Assembly (NCBI RefSeq): GCF_052425735.1
Contig: NC_135768.1
Span: 15,872,001 to 15,936,000 of the forward strand
DNA from: Oculina patagonica
Lineage: Eukaryota
Reading direction: 5' to 3'
Length of the DNA stretch: 64,000 bases
Numbering within the stretch: position 1 is the first letter of the stretch; every line of letters starts with the position of its first letter. The notes beneath the pieces were generated by a model. It was not told the DNA's origin. It was given only the letters and a program-made list of their open reading frames with translations, and ran no database searches. Of this stretch, positions 9,950 through 22,633 are shown in pieces. The position numbers and the translations under genes were made by a program.

Positions 9950-12730
9950 CTCCGTAAAAACTAAAATCTTAAATTAAGACGTTTTTTCATCTTAGCGACT
10001 GGTGCCTAGATAAGACGGGAATTTTTACTTAATTTAAGACGCTTCATCTTAATCAAGATTAAAAATCGTCTTAAATTAAGATAATAACTACTTAAGCAGG
10101 AGTTGGGTTGGAAGGATTTAATTTAAGAACGGCAGTCTTAAAGTAAGATTTTTTATGTCTTAATTTCAGTTTCATAACGTCTTAAATACGAAGTGCCTAG
10201 ATAAGATTCATTTTCGTCTTATTTTAAGATTCAAACATATCTTTCTTACAAGATGTTCCTTGTCTTAATTTAAGATTAAGGTCCAATGCAACTGCCTGGT
10301 GATTTCAAAAATAACGGTCACTCCGACTTGTTAGAATACGCGCGTCGGAGTGACCGAGCGAACCAAGGTGGAACAAACCTGGCTTGCTTAACACACAGTT
10401 TTTCGATAAACCATACAAAAATACAAGCACAACAAATATAGTAGCAAACACTTTATTAAGCGTATATATATAATTCAAACAAAAACATACACAGAGAAAA
10501 AGACAAAAAGGAAGATGTAGACCTTAGCTGTTTTCGTTTGACGGCCGAACGTAGTTGGAGCTTTATACATCTGTGCCGAGTGCTGTTGTGTATTCAAATC
10601 TGCTTCAGTTCACCCTCACACAGTCGTTTTTTAAAACCAATTCTAACTCCAGAAATTTTCCTTCTTTTCTATCAGCTCTGGAAATTCCTCCAAGTGTGAA
10701 AACATATCTTCGTCAAGGACAAAACATACCAGCCGTAATAAAATGTAAGGAACATGAGTAGCGCTGAGTAGCGCTGTTTATATAGCTGACGCCATTTTGG
10801 ATCGAAATAAACCAATCAAAAAATTGTTCACTTAAGGTGGCTCGTACCGGTTTTTCTTGCGTGGGAAGTCTGGTGACTAGCGCGCGCGTCACGCTTCATG
10901 CCCACGAGTCACGCGCGAGATTTGAAAAGGAAAACAAACATGGCGGCCGAGTGCGAGGTTGCTTTTCTTCATTTTGAGAAAGAAATTCCGCGTTCAACTG
11001 AAGTTTTTTCAACAAGAACATTTTAAGTCAACTTAATGTTCGACAGTTAAAATGTTTTCGGATCTCGCTGCTCGAGTTACAAAAGCAAATTCGCATGTGC
11101 TACGATCGATCTTGTCGGAGATCGTGACTCAATTCCACTTTTTTCGTTTCAGCTTATTTGAGTTCGCTTTCAAACACATGATTATTCAGACAAAGAAATA
11201 CTAAACAGTAAGACCAAAGAGGCACAACTGGCGCTAACTGAAACTGGCTAAATCCCATGAAATCCTGAGCCGAAAAGTTTCGCAGACAAAGCGAGGGGAA
11301 GTCCACGCGCGTTGCGCGCGTATGTGCCCGCAAAGATCAGCGGAAGTCAGAACTGAGCATGAGTAAATACCAAACTTTTAAAATCGAAATTTTAAAGTGC
11401 GCGGAAACGCGCGTGGGAATTATTGAGTTCGCGAAGGCTTTAGCAAGAAAACTAACCCGATGACCCCTATTTTTTATTGCCCTAATATTTTCCTTTTATG
11501 TAAAGGAAACGCCAGAAAAAATCTAAAAAAATTCTACGAAAGGAATTTTTAATTACTTACAAATTGCTCTTTTTTGCATTTGCAAAAAATCCGCTTCGTA
11601 GAATTTTTTTAAAATAATTATACAGTTTCTTTTTCATATGCTTAAAGTTATCACGAGAAAAAAAATGGGGGTCATCGAGTTAGTTTTCAAGATATAAGCA
11701 CTGGAAGCTGAAAAAGGGTCCAAAAAAATCATTGCCTACCGTTGCCATGGTAACCACTGATGACGTAATTATTGGTATTTTGGATCAACAACACAATGGG
11801 TAATTTAATTATACAAAAATTTTGTTACGATCTTTAATTATTTTTTTGGCCATTTTCTTCCAAACGTCGCACAGTCAAAAACCTGAAAACTGGTACGAGC
11901 CACCTTAAATCGGGCGCCATTTTGGATCGAAATTAGCCAATCAGAAAATTGTACTGTTTCCCGAGAGGTCCTCCTTACGTAAAAGAGCAATGGCGGTCAG
12001 TAAAACGTTCTCCTTCATGCGACGGAAAATCCCGCTTAATTATTTTGATAAGAAACATCAACTTTCCGGAAATTAGATAATTACGAAAAATGCTGAAGTT
12101 GTCCTCCTAAAAAGGTTGAAACGGAAAGTCGCAAATGTTCATACCGTTTCTTTTGGAAGTTTCGGCTTTGTCGGTATGATATCACTTGAATTCTGGTTCT
12201 TGGCCGTGATAAATTTACGGCACCAAAATTTTTACATTTCGACCTTACATGCCATAAAATCCTTTGCACACATGACTGCATTGTACAGACGGTTATATCC
12301 TCCACATTGACTTCAAAATATTGTAGATGCCCACTTTCTAAATTTAAGACGTAACATGACTTAGTTAAGATGACTCCGTCTTACCGATCTTGAAATCATC
12401 TTAAAATTTATTTAAGTCGAACGACCTCCTTAATTTAAGATGTTCTTTCTCTTTAAATGAGAAAGTTAAGAGTCTACAATCTTAAAGTAAGAAGTAGCAA
12501 TCTTCGATGAGAGGACACAATCTTATTATAAAACGGACCAGTCTTATTTTAATACCCATTCAAAAACTTATATTAAGATGGATTTGAATCTTACAAATAC
12601 ATAAGACTTTACTTGTCTTAAGTTAAGATGTATTATCTTAAACTAAGATCACTTTAGTCTTCTTTGTAGATGGTGGTTATCTTATGTAAGATGCTAATCA
12701 TCTTAGTTTAAGATTTTAGTTTTTACGGAG
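9950..12730. mobile_element. 2.8-kb non-autonomous DNA transposon, CACTA/EnSpm(CMC)-like
   Basis: ~30-bp TIR ctccgtaaaaactaaaatcttaaa(t/c)taaga; TA on both sides; many subterminal TCTTA-N(2-4)-TAAGA palindromes near both ends. Confidence 0.8.
10836..11904. mobile_element. Kolobok-like non-autonomous element nested in the CMC-like element
   Basis: TTAA TSD; TIR ggtggctcgtacc(g/a)gtttt. Confidence 0.8.
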
Positions 12731-12974
12731 TACAGTTCGTTGACGCCGAGCTCCATAAAACATCACACACCGGCATTCTTAACCGATCGAAGAACTTGTG
12801 TTTATATCTCAGATCGCTCCAAATATCCCCAGATCTTCACTCAAGTTCCTTTGTTGTGCCTTGTTATAGTTTTGCTTTGTTACTAAGTCGTGTAGTAACC
12901 GTATAATATCAGTTTGATTTACGCTTGAGTGAAGTACATGCCAACATTGTATTGACCTTTATTTTATTATTATT

Positions 12975-13563
12975 GGCTGCGGTCACATCTAGACTGCTAA
13001 CTATAGTTAGGACGGCGTTAACTATAGTTAGCTATTTCGGTAATATGACCGCTTCTCTGTTCGCCCTAACTATAGTTAGAAAATTTACGCCTCGCTGATC
13101 CAAAACAATACACACTAACTATAGTTATACCCAAGCAAGGTTCATGGGTTAGTCTTAAGTTTACAAACGAAAAGCCAATCAGAATGCGACAATTCTTTTC
13201 GCACGTGCGAGATGGACCTAAATATGCAAAACAAAGCGTCAAGGGAAGGAAAACAAAAAAAAAAAAAACATGCCAAGAAATTACATATCATCAATGTTAG
13301 CAAAAATAAAGCTTGAATTCTTCGGTTTCTAGCATCCTTACTTCATTTTATTTTCTTCAACGCCGAAATGCCGTGCAAAAATAGAAAAAATAGAGGAACA
13401 ACCGGACACAAATAAACAACAAGGGCTGTCATGAACTATAGTTAACTGCATTGGTGTGACCGCAAAGACGACAGAAAGCACTAACTGTAGTTAGGTATGA
13501 CGTCACGTAACTTGAGACTAACCATAGTTAAACTTTAGTTACGTCGTAGGTGTGACCGCAGCC
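12975..13563. mobile_element. PIF/Harbinger-like MITE
   Basis: TIR ggctgcggtcaca; 3-bp TSD att; internal taactatagtta palindromes. Confidence 0.8.
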
Positions 13564-15310
13564 ATTGTCTGGCGATTTGTAACTACAAGAAGACTCTATT
13601 TTACAATTGTCCAGCTGAGCTCGGTCAATTCATCGGTTACTAAAGCTCTATACATCAGTTATATAGCAATTAGGAATGTCTGTTGCTCTGCTAATTGATT
13701 AAAAATGCCATTTTTTTCCTTAACGAAATCAAACTGGGCAAAATGAATACGAAATTCGTTTTTCTCGTTGCTTTTTACGTAGATTAAGAAAAACTTGTAT
13801 TTATGGGTTTACATGCCCTTTAAATAGATGCTATGTTATGCTGCACTATGTTTTTGCATTTCCGGATGCATTTGACTCGATCACGCTTATAAATTAGCTT
13901 GTTTTGCTCTACATTTAAATTCATACCCAAGCCTGTTTTTTGTTGACAAGCAGACGGGGAACTTAAGATTATACAGAGGCTGCCCGAAGGATACTTAATT
14001 AATTAAAAATTGTTAATATTATTATGAGTCTTTTGGCTTATTATTTTAAGTCTTATTAGACAATATATCAACATTTACACCCTATTTTGTTAGAAACTTG
14101 CTGTGGTATATTGAGAGTTATGATTGCTTGACAGACCATGGTACAGTATATGAGCTCTTATAACCCACCGATTCATTTTCACGCACACTTGTTGGACAAA
14201 ACACATCAAGTGGAACAAAATCGGACCACGGGTATCAGACAAAATACCCCGTCTGATTATCTATCGATAACGATAACCAATAACCGATATCTGTTGATAT
14301 TTGTCAATATCCTTTTGATAACCGGTGATAAAGTGCATTGTAGAAATTAATTGAATGGTTATAAAATAAATGAACCCCTTTCTGGCTCGCTGGTTTAGTT
14401 ATTGCCCTTGGCTGAAAGATTGTCCTTAAAATTTCAACGTTGTCCTTGAAACTTCACTTCTCGGCCAACTGTTCATTTTTCAGACAAGCTTTCAGTTCTG
14501 GGCATTATCCTCCAAATAACAAACAAATAACAGACAACAAATATGGTAGGTGTACGCATCTACGAGAACAGCCGGGGAGCTCAAATATGCAATTCTTTGG
14601 GTGTTTTTAATCTTACAATTATTCCACTCACACTTGTTGGATATGAGGTTGAGTTGTAGCCAACTTTGCACTATGCCCCTCAATGGCTATCTACCATCTC
14701 ATATTCAATGCATGCTTTAATACCAGCTCATAGTTACATTATATATTTTGGAATGTTTTTCTACTTTTATATTTTTTGTTATTTCATTCAACTGATTCCT
14801 ACAATGTTACAAAACATATTTAAATAAAAATGTTTTCTTAATATAAAATTCTTCAATTTATTTTTCTTTTTTACCAAACTATTGCAAATCATTGAGTTTC
14901 TTCTCAGTCATCTGAAGAATAATTCTTCTTCAATATTGTAGGAGTTTGAGACACCAAGAGTCTTTTAAGAGTTGTTTAAAGGCCAGACATGTCAAGACCA
15001 AAGCATCAAGTTGTTGTTGTGGGCATCAAAGCATAAAGTTGTGTGGGCATGTCAAAGGGTATACGTACCTCTTGAGTACCCTTTGGACTGGGTTCAATTC
15101 AACTCCCAGGCAATTTTACACATGCTAAGGTTATTGACATGTTGTAATGATCCATTTCTTTATGAAATAAATTCAGATTTGGTTTGTTTTTGTCAGAAAA
15201 TCACGGCTATTTCCAACGATCAGAATTCTTGTAATTCTCAGGTAAGGGAATCCCCTTTTTTCTCTTTACTCCGCTGTTTTATTGCGTGGGCTCAACAGAG
15301 ACGATTTTTC

Positions 15311-15838
15311 GATGACACGCAAATTCGTGAAGCGTTCCAAATTTTTTCATTTTGACCACAACGTGAAATTTATTTCTAGGTCACCTGTTGATTTTTACAA
15401 TAATTTTGAGAGAAGTGAAATCTAAGGCATAGTTGCTTCAAACAGCGCTTTTTTCAATCTAAAATGAACGTTATACGTGTAAACGATCTTACATGTGCCT
15501 AAAATGCGATATTTTTACGGTTAGACAGCAAAGTTTCGAAGAAATTGTTAATAAAACTTTATTCACGCAAAGCGCGGGGTTCTCGCGTGAGTGACCACGC
15601 TCGATCATTCGTGCGTGAAAGCTGTCGCGCGCTGATAGGTCAACTCAACTCACGCGTGAATGAATGACAATCAAATAGCGATGACAGTGTCGAAGCTTTT
15701 CTTCGCGTTTTCTTGCTTCTCACATTGAAAGAACACCATAGAAATCACAATAACTGACAACTGAGGTAAAAAACCTCCCTGTAGATCCCTGGAAATGTCT
15801 GCAAAAGCATTAAACCTCTGCAACAAATCATACGCTCG
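15311..15838 (+). pseudogene. 5'-truncated U6 copy (15311-15347) plus duplicated U6 3' flank
   Basis: Matches 8720-9258 with high identity; lacks the 5' two-thirds of U6 including ACAGAGA. Confidence 0.85.
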
Positions 15839-16984
15839 TAGTCGTATTACGCAGAAAAAATGTGAAAATTGCCCTGTTTAAAGTAAATATGTCAAATATG
15901 CTTTACTTTGCAAGCTCTTTTCAAAGTTATTGTAAAAATCAAAAGGACACCGAGAAACAAATTTGACATTGTAGCCGAAATGAAAAAAATTAGAACGCTC
16001 TACGACTTTGCTTGTCATCCTTTGCGCTAACAACATTGATTAGTAAATGCCCGCCGCAATGGTCCACCAACATTGAAACAACAGAGAAGATTGGACGCCG
16101 CACAAGGGAGAAGCTTTTCCAAAATTTAACCAATCAGCGTAACGGATATCCAGATGTTGACCAATCACATCCGTGGAAATTTCCAAAAGTTTCCAAATTT
16201 CCAAATCTGATTGCGTGAGTTCTAGCGTGAGTTGCGTGACAGAAATTAATAAAGTTCTACACGTTTGCTAAGAAATAACCCGGGAAATAATGATAATTTC
16301 AAGAAATTCTATAAATATTGAGCCCACTTCCATTCCAGGAAATGATCAAACTATTTTTCGAATTACTTTTAAACGCTAATTTAGTCGCTAGCTGAGTTTG
16401 TTTACGTGTGTTCATCGCAATCTACGTGTTTTTAGCAATATCAGTTCATCGCCGTTTGATCTGTCGAAGTTTCAGTGCTTTCACGGATATCTTTAGGGTT
16501 TGCAGCGTTTCATACTGCATTTGTTTTCTCTAGCGATTTCTATCGTGTCTAGACGCCGAGATTCAGGAGTGATTTGGCGATTTATGTGCTTGTTGTCCCT
16601 TAGATGAGCTAGAACACGTGAGCGCTGCGACGCTTTGTATTTTCCTGACTTTCTTCGTCAGCGAACTTAGATGTCCATTTCAGCTACTTCACACAGCCCA
16701 ACTTTTGTATACTTTTCAGCAATCGAGGGGGATTTTTATAAATGAGTATTTGTGAGCAGCGCAAAGCGACGCATCCATCTTGATTCAATTGTTTTACTTC
16801 TCCGTGCGTGACGTCGGAAACGTCACGCGGAAATCTTGGAACAACGAAATGCTCTCATTGGCCAAAAGTTGGCACAACGAACGGATTTGATTGGCTCACT
16901 CTGCGCGCGTAGCATAGGAAGTGGATATCGTTCATGCGACACGCAATCTTCTCTGTTTTGATGATCAAGTGATACAAGTGCCGA

Positions 16985-17258
16985 GTTTTTCTCCGCGTTT
17001 CTTTGCTTTTCACACTGAAAAGGACCCAATTCAGAATTCCGTTCTTGACACCAGGAAATCACTATCAACAACAACTGAGGTATAAAATCTCAATAAGTCT
17101 CCAAAAATCCCTGAAAAGCACTAACACTGATACAGATCACAAGCTTAGTACGCGAGTCACGATTTCGGCGCTTCTTGTCGTGTGTTGCACGCACGCTAAC
17201 GCGTGTTCTACACGCGTGGATAGCAGACGGAAAAGGGAACGTGTATCGATATGGAATC
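16985..17258 (+). repeat. More diverged copy of the U6 downstream segment
   Basis: Aligns to ~9095-9389 (gtcgtgtgttgcacgcacgctaac...ggatagcagacggaaaagg). Confidence 0.75.
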
Positions 17259-17367
17259 GCCCGCGAACCCGGGTCCGTGACACTCGCGACTTGAATAGAT
17301 CTCGCAGGACGAATTTGCACGTCTCCGCATTTCTCAAACCTAACGGAAACATTTACGTCCGGCTATA

Positions 17368-17670
17368 CACTCTTTTTTATATAAGAATACAGTTTTTCCG
17401 ACCCAGGCTGAATATTCTTATTTTTCTGCCGATTTTAGGCTGAAAATGTTCTTATGAACATTCTTAGAAAATACCGTTTGACATTTCCGTTTTAGCAAGT
17501 ATTGGGTAATCAATTACAAGTGTTTGGTGTCCAGATCTCTATCGTGTTACATTGTGCACATGTACCATTGCTTTTCGTTGCAGCCTGGCCGTTTTGGCTT
17601 AAAACAAAGCATTTCTCACAGAGATAAAGTGACGTAAATGAAAATACCTGATTTTGTTTCAACTAAAAAC

Positions 17671-17703
<33 letters not shown>

Positions 17704-17779
17704 TTCTTAGAATATTCTTAAAAAGTCGCAAATTTCAGCCTCGATATTCTTATAAACTAGATTTTTATAAAAAAGAGTG
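17368..17779. mobile_element. TA-TSD MITE
   Basis: TIR cactcttttttata; TA TSD. Confidence 0.75.
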
Positions 17780-18469
17780 TAAATGTGAAAGTCCCAGTTT
17801 ACGATGTTTCCGGCACGGAAATGTCGATTAACGTTTCCGTCATGTTTATGTCAGCGGATTTCCGCAATTGCTTGTTTCCGTTAGGTTTCTGCAAAAGGAT
17901 TTCCAATGTGTTTGAGTAAATGAGTAAATTGAAATCTATTTCTTTATTTCTGGGGCAGGTTTTGTGAATGAAATGAAACTGCACTCGTCACATGTTTATT
18001 GTCACGAGAAATGGAAGATATCATAGCTTTTTCAGAGCGTTTGCAGTTGATTTTGTTGTGATGCATGATGAGCATATCCCACTTTTAAAGGTATTTATCA
18101 GAACGCAATGCAGCCTACTAGCACATCACTGCAAACATGCCAATAGTAACTAGGGTGGAGGGGGGTATGTTTCCTCTGCAATTGTTTTTTTTTTAGTTTG
18201 TGCACCTCTGCAAACATTTTTTTCGAAATTCCACCTATGTTTTGTTATACATATCGTGTTTGCAAACAATTTATTGTCTTTCTAGGCCCTGCAAACATTT
18301 TTTTTCTATATTTTCATACCCCCTTCTCCCTCCAAAAAAATAATGGTCCGTCCTTAAGGCACATCTAAAACCTGCTTAATGGCAGAATATTCACTGGTAT
18401 CACAAATATACCTTGTTCATATCAACCTTTCCGTTGTGCATGCTAACTTGAGGTGGCGTAATTCAAGGC

Positions 18470-19745
18470 ATGCACAGTTGGGTCACTTAAGCCAGATTTG
18501 CCATTTAAGGCAGTTAAGTCAATGAGATTGTAAGGTCTATTGGACAGGTTGAATCAATTGAGCAAGTTAGGTCAATTGAGCCAGAAGCCGGTTGTTTGAG
18601 GTGCTTGGGTCATTTTTAAAAGATGGTTGGTTCATCTGATGCAATTGGGTCATTTGAGCCGGTTTGGTACTTTGATGCAGTTATGTCACTTGAGCCATTT
18701 GCGCCATTTGAACATGTTGGGTTATCTGAGCTGGTTGTGACATCTGATATTGATGCAGTTAGGTCATTTGGTTCATTTAGGCTGATTGGGCCATTTGATG
18801 CAGTTGGGTCAATGAAGCATTTGGGTTATGGAAGCATTTGGGTTGGGTCATTTGCACTGGCTGGGTCACTTGAGCCTGTTTGGTCACTTGAGTTGGCTGG
18901 GTCACCTGCTAAGGTTAGGTTTTTAGGCTGGTTGAGTCATTTGTGTCAGTTGGGCCATTTGAGCTGGTTGAGTCATTTGAACCACTTGCGTCAGTTGAGT
19001 TGGTTGTGTCATTTAAGCTGGCTGAGTAATTTGTTGCAATTGGTTTCCTTGAGCCAATTGAGTCATTTGAGACAGATGGGTCATTGGGTGGGTTGGTTTG
19101 GTTATTTGAGCTAGTTGGGTCATTTGATGCAGTTGAGTCATTTGAGCTGGTTAAGTCATTTGCGCTGGTTGATTCATTTGATGCAAATGGTCACTCGAAT
19201 CCACTAAGTCATTTGAGCAGGTTCGGTCATTTGAGCTGGTTGGATCATGTGATGCAGTTTAGTTACTTTAGCGGGTTGGGTCATTTGCACTGTTTGGGTC
19301 ACTGGAGCCAGTTAGGTCAATTGATGCAGTTGCATGGGCCACTTGTGTTTATTGGGTCATTTGAGCTGGTTGGGTGATTTGAGACAGTTCAGGTACCTTA
19401 TTGTTACTTATTTTCGCGGGACTTAATTTTCGCGATTTTCGCGATTTTCAAAAAATCGCGAAATTAAAGACCGGCGAAAATTAATTCTAAACGATTTCTA
19501 TTGTATTTTTTATGCTAATTACGTATTTTTGGCCAAATCGCGAAAATTAAGTCTCGCGAAATATTCCTGTTCCATTTTCGCGAAATTAAGTACCCGCGAA
19601 AATAAGTAACAATAAGGTACTTTGAGGCAGTTGGGTCATTTGAGTTGGCTGGGTCATTTGAGTCGGTTGGGTCATTTGCACCGGTTGATGCATGCAGCCG
19701 CAGTCCTTTATGCCGGTTGAGTGGCTTGAATCAGTTTGCCCATTT
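18470..19745. repeat. Degenerate 18-bp minisatellite (consensus approx. ggttgggtcatttgagct)
   Basis: gtcatttga recurs with 18-nt period over ~1 kb; interrupted by a MITE at 19396-19617. Confidence 0.85.
19396..19617. mobile_element. Tc1/mariner-type MITE inserted in the minisatellite
   Basis: TIR ccttattgttacttattttcgcggg; TA TSD; left-end fragment of the same family at ~32336-32432. Confidence 0.85.
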
Positions 19746-20101
19746 GCACTGAGAAGAAGTATCGCAAAGTAGTAAAGTTTGGAGGAAGAGTTCTTGGAAT
19801 GCATTGCTCGGTTTGTGTGAGGTAAACAAATGATTTCGGTCTTGGCGAGCGTCTTTGGCTGCAGATGGCTCGGATGGAAACGGATTGCAACTTGAAAAAT
19901 TAAAGCTTACTTTTTCAAGTTGTTTCCGCGCGTCTTCAAAAAAATCGATATTTATAGCCGTAACTTGAATTTTATATGCAACTAAAGGATATATCTTCCT
20001 TTAGATGTTCGAAGTTAATCTTTTTTATAGGTTAAGTTGCCCACCACCAATTTCCGAACAGTTTAGGCCAAAGATCTTCGAATCCCCTTGACATAGCTCC
20101 T

Positions 20102-20937
20102 TTAATGACCATTAGATATTGTTTCATTCAAAAGATGTCGTACAGGACCGAGATACTCGTAACCAAACATTTCATAGTCACTGCGGTACTGCTCACCTAA
20201 CTGTTTGAGATACCGAGGAGGAACCTGGGAATAGTATTTCATCACTTCAATTGTGTCTGTTGCTCGATGAATTCGCGGGAAACTTACGCGGTCTGCAATT
20301 CCCATCATCTGCAGAACAAGAGGCCCTTCCTCCCCCATGTTCTCAAAGTGACTAATAAAATCGTATTTAACATAGCAAGGATGGCACATTTTCTCGTATT
20401 GTCGACAAGGAGGGTTGCGTGTAACATTTTTAGAAAGATACTGAACGAATTCCGAAAAGCTAACGTCATATTCTTGGTATATCCCTTTTGGGTTAAAATC
20501 GTCAGGTCGGAGATGTAACACAATAAGTTGCCGGAAAATTCGGCTTTTGCCTCGCTGTGGTGCTTTAGGTGGATATCTCTCTTTGAAAGCTGAAAGCAAG
20601 CGGTGCAATGGCTCACGAACGATAAGAAACTTAAAATACGTTTTGAGACGTAACGATTGTTCTTCCTGCGAGTAATCACCGAGTCGTCGGAAAACGCTCC
20701 AGCGCCTAACACGAGGTTTGATTCCAAGAGCATCTTCCAATAGCCCTATCCACGTTTTAGAGGCCACTTTATGGAGTGCGCAGTAAATGATTTTGTTTTC
20801 ATCGTCCACAGAAATGTACTGAAGTTCTTCCCGTGTCGGCTTCTCGTTAAATGAGTGCGTGAGGCAATAATCGTTAAGACGTTTTTTTCTTGCCTTTTGA
20901 TTCTCTTCTGGATTTGGTTTGGAGCTCTCGATATTCC
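20102..20937 (-). CDS. Carbohydrate sulfotransferase (CHST8-14/HNK-1ST, CHST11-like), exon 2
   Basis: 5'-PSB IIYCALHKVASKTW, 3'-PB KFLIVREPLHRLLSAF, CHPC..KYDFI, C-terminal Y..DYEMFGY; acceptor ttttttgtcgttgcag|GG; frame open from 20937. Confidence 0.9.
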
Positions 20938-21094
20938 CTGCAACGACAAAAAAATTAGGACTTTAGGGACACTCGAAAACGTGCGGCAAAAAAGGACATC
21001 GCGAACTCCCTTCCATATGTCCCAAAACGAAAAAAAAGCCTAGAAAGAATGAACACCAGCTTAAAAAAATTTTCTACTTATGGTAGAAAATAAG

Positions 21095-21940
21095 TATTTT
21101 CGCTTGATATTGTCCTTGCCTTGACCCTGGGACATTGTTGTTGTACGTTCTGTACCGTGTCTGGTTACTAGGACTGGCACAATTTCCGAACGACGCTCGA
21201 TCTCGGGATAGCTTATGAATGCCGTGTTACAACTTATATTTTTGCAAGTTTTTCTGTGTCGATGAAATATATTTTCTCCAAATCTTTATCACATTGTATT
21301 GATGTGAGATAATAATTTCTGGGTGTGCATCTAATATGGTGCCTACGAAGCTGTGACCACTACAAGGATATCCAATGAACATCACAAATGGCTCCACTCC
21401 ATCATAGAGGGTAGTACAGGGGGGGTCTCTGGCACGATTCACTGGCGAAAAAATAACGAATCGAATCACGGATCACGGATATTGAAGTTTCATTTTCCCG
21501 AATCACGAAAATAGGTACTCTTTTATCCTGTTCTTACTCTACAAAGAGCGTTTGAAGAACAACTGAGGGAAGCTCTCGGCTTCTTGGTAGTTCCCGATAA
21601 CTTATGAGACGTTACGATAATTATACGGAGGTCATATTTGAAACCATTTCTCGCATGTCTCGCGTCTCAAAAACACGCAGAATAAAGTGGTGAAATCACG
21701 AATATCGGTTATTAATTCAAGCTCTTCACGTGTCACGCAAAACCTTCCGGTCACAGGTCACGAAGAATAAATTTATTAAATTCACGTTTCACGGAAAATA
21801 AAATCAGCTAATCACGCGTCACGAGAATACCCCTGTACGACCCTCATCATACAATTTGAACAGTTTCTCTTCCCTAGAGAGGGAAGGATCCTCTTCTGAA
21901 AGACAATATGCAGATTTAGTTTGTTTCAGCTGTTTAAGAA
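21095..21940 (-). pseudogene. Dead exon of a TPST-like/Sulfotransfer_3-type sulfotransferase inside the CHST intron
   Basis: After removing the MITE: EEKLFKLYDGVEPFVMFIGYPCSGHSFVGTILDAHPEIIISHQY...QKYKL*HGIHKLSR...VPGSRQGQYQ; PAPS-loop-like GxPxSG and LDAHP; in-frame stop at 21227; truncated. Confidence 0.75.
21407..21845. mobile_element. GAGGG-terminated MITE with 6-bp TSD
   Basis: TIR gagggt(a/c)gtacagggg; TSD atcata; removing it restores the KLYDGVE reading frame. Confidence 0.85.
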
Positions 21941-22633
21941 CTTTAAAATTTCACATTAACGACATAACGAGCAAACTGCGTTAGATTGAACATGTCGTCA
22001 TGCTTAAGCGAAAATTGTTCACAGAAACATTGACAGCCAATAGATATAAACAATGACAGCACAAAAAAGAGTTTGAAAATTTGAAACATTTTTTTCAACA
22101 CAATGCACCTAGTTGCAATAAGGTTGTCATAAAAAAACAAAAAAGGAAAAAGTCAAATAGGAATTAATTAATTAAGCGTATGCATGAAATTTATTCGTAC
22201 AAATGGCCTCAAAATGCCTCAAAATACGAATAAATTAATTTACCTTGTTACAGCATAAAAAAGTGGACTCAAAGTGTGCAGATAAAAACTCGTGAGTTTT
22301 CTGTAAATGCTATCAGTTATGGAAGTACGCTAATTAATTCCTATTTGCCTTTTTCCTTTTTTCTATGACAACGTTATCGCAATTAGGTGTAGTATACGTA
22401 TGTATAAACACACAAATTAAAAATGTTACAGGGTAATGTTGTAATAACATGTTAGATACTTTGTGTCTACGTTGTGATTTTGTCACTGCAACATGTCGCT
22501 GCGACATGTCATTGCACACAACATGTCCCTTGATAAGATATTTGCAACAAGAAGATGTAAATAATTTTGGTACATAATCTTGTCCATGCAATTTATACTC
22601 GAAGTCCAGGCGGCTTCCGTCTCAAAAACTTAC

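Noticed and set aside
16383-16505. Segment repeated at ~26383-26535
   Set aside because: Probably a dispersed repeat fragment; no termini or coding signal
18623-19377. 163-aa and 97-aa plus-strand ORFs
   Set aside because: By-products of the 18-bp minisatellite
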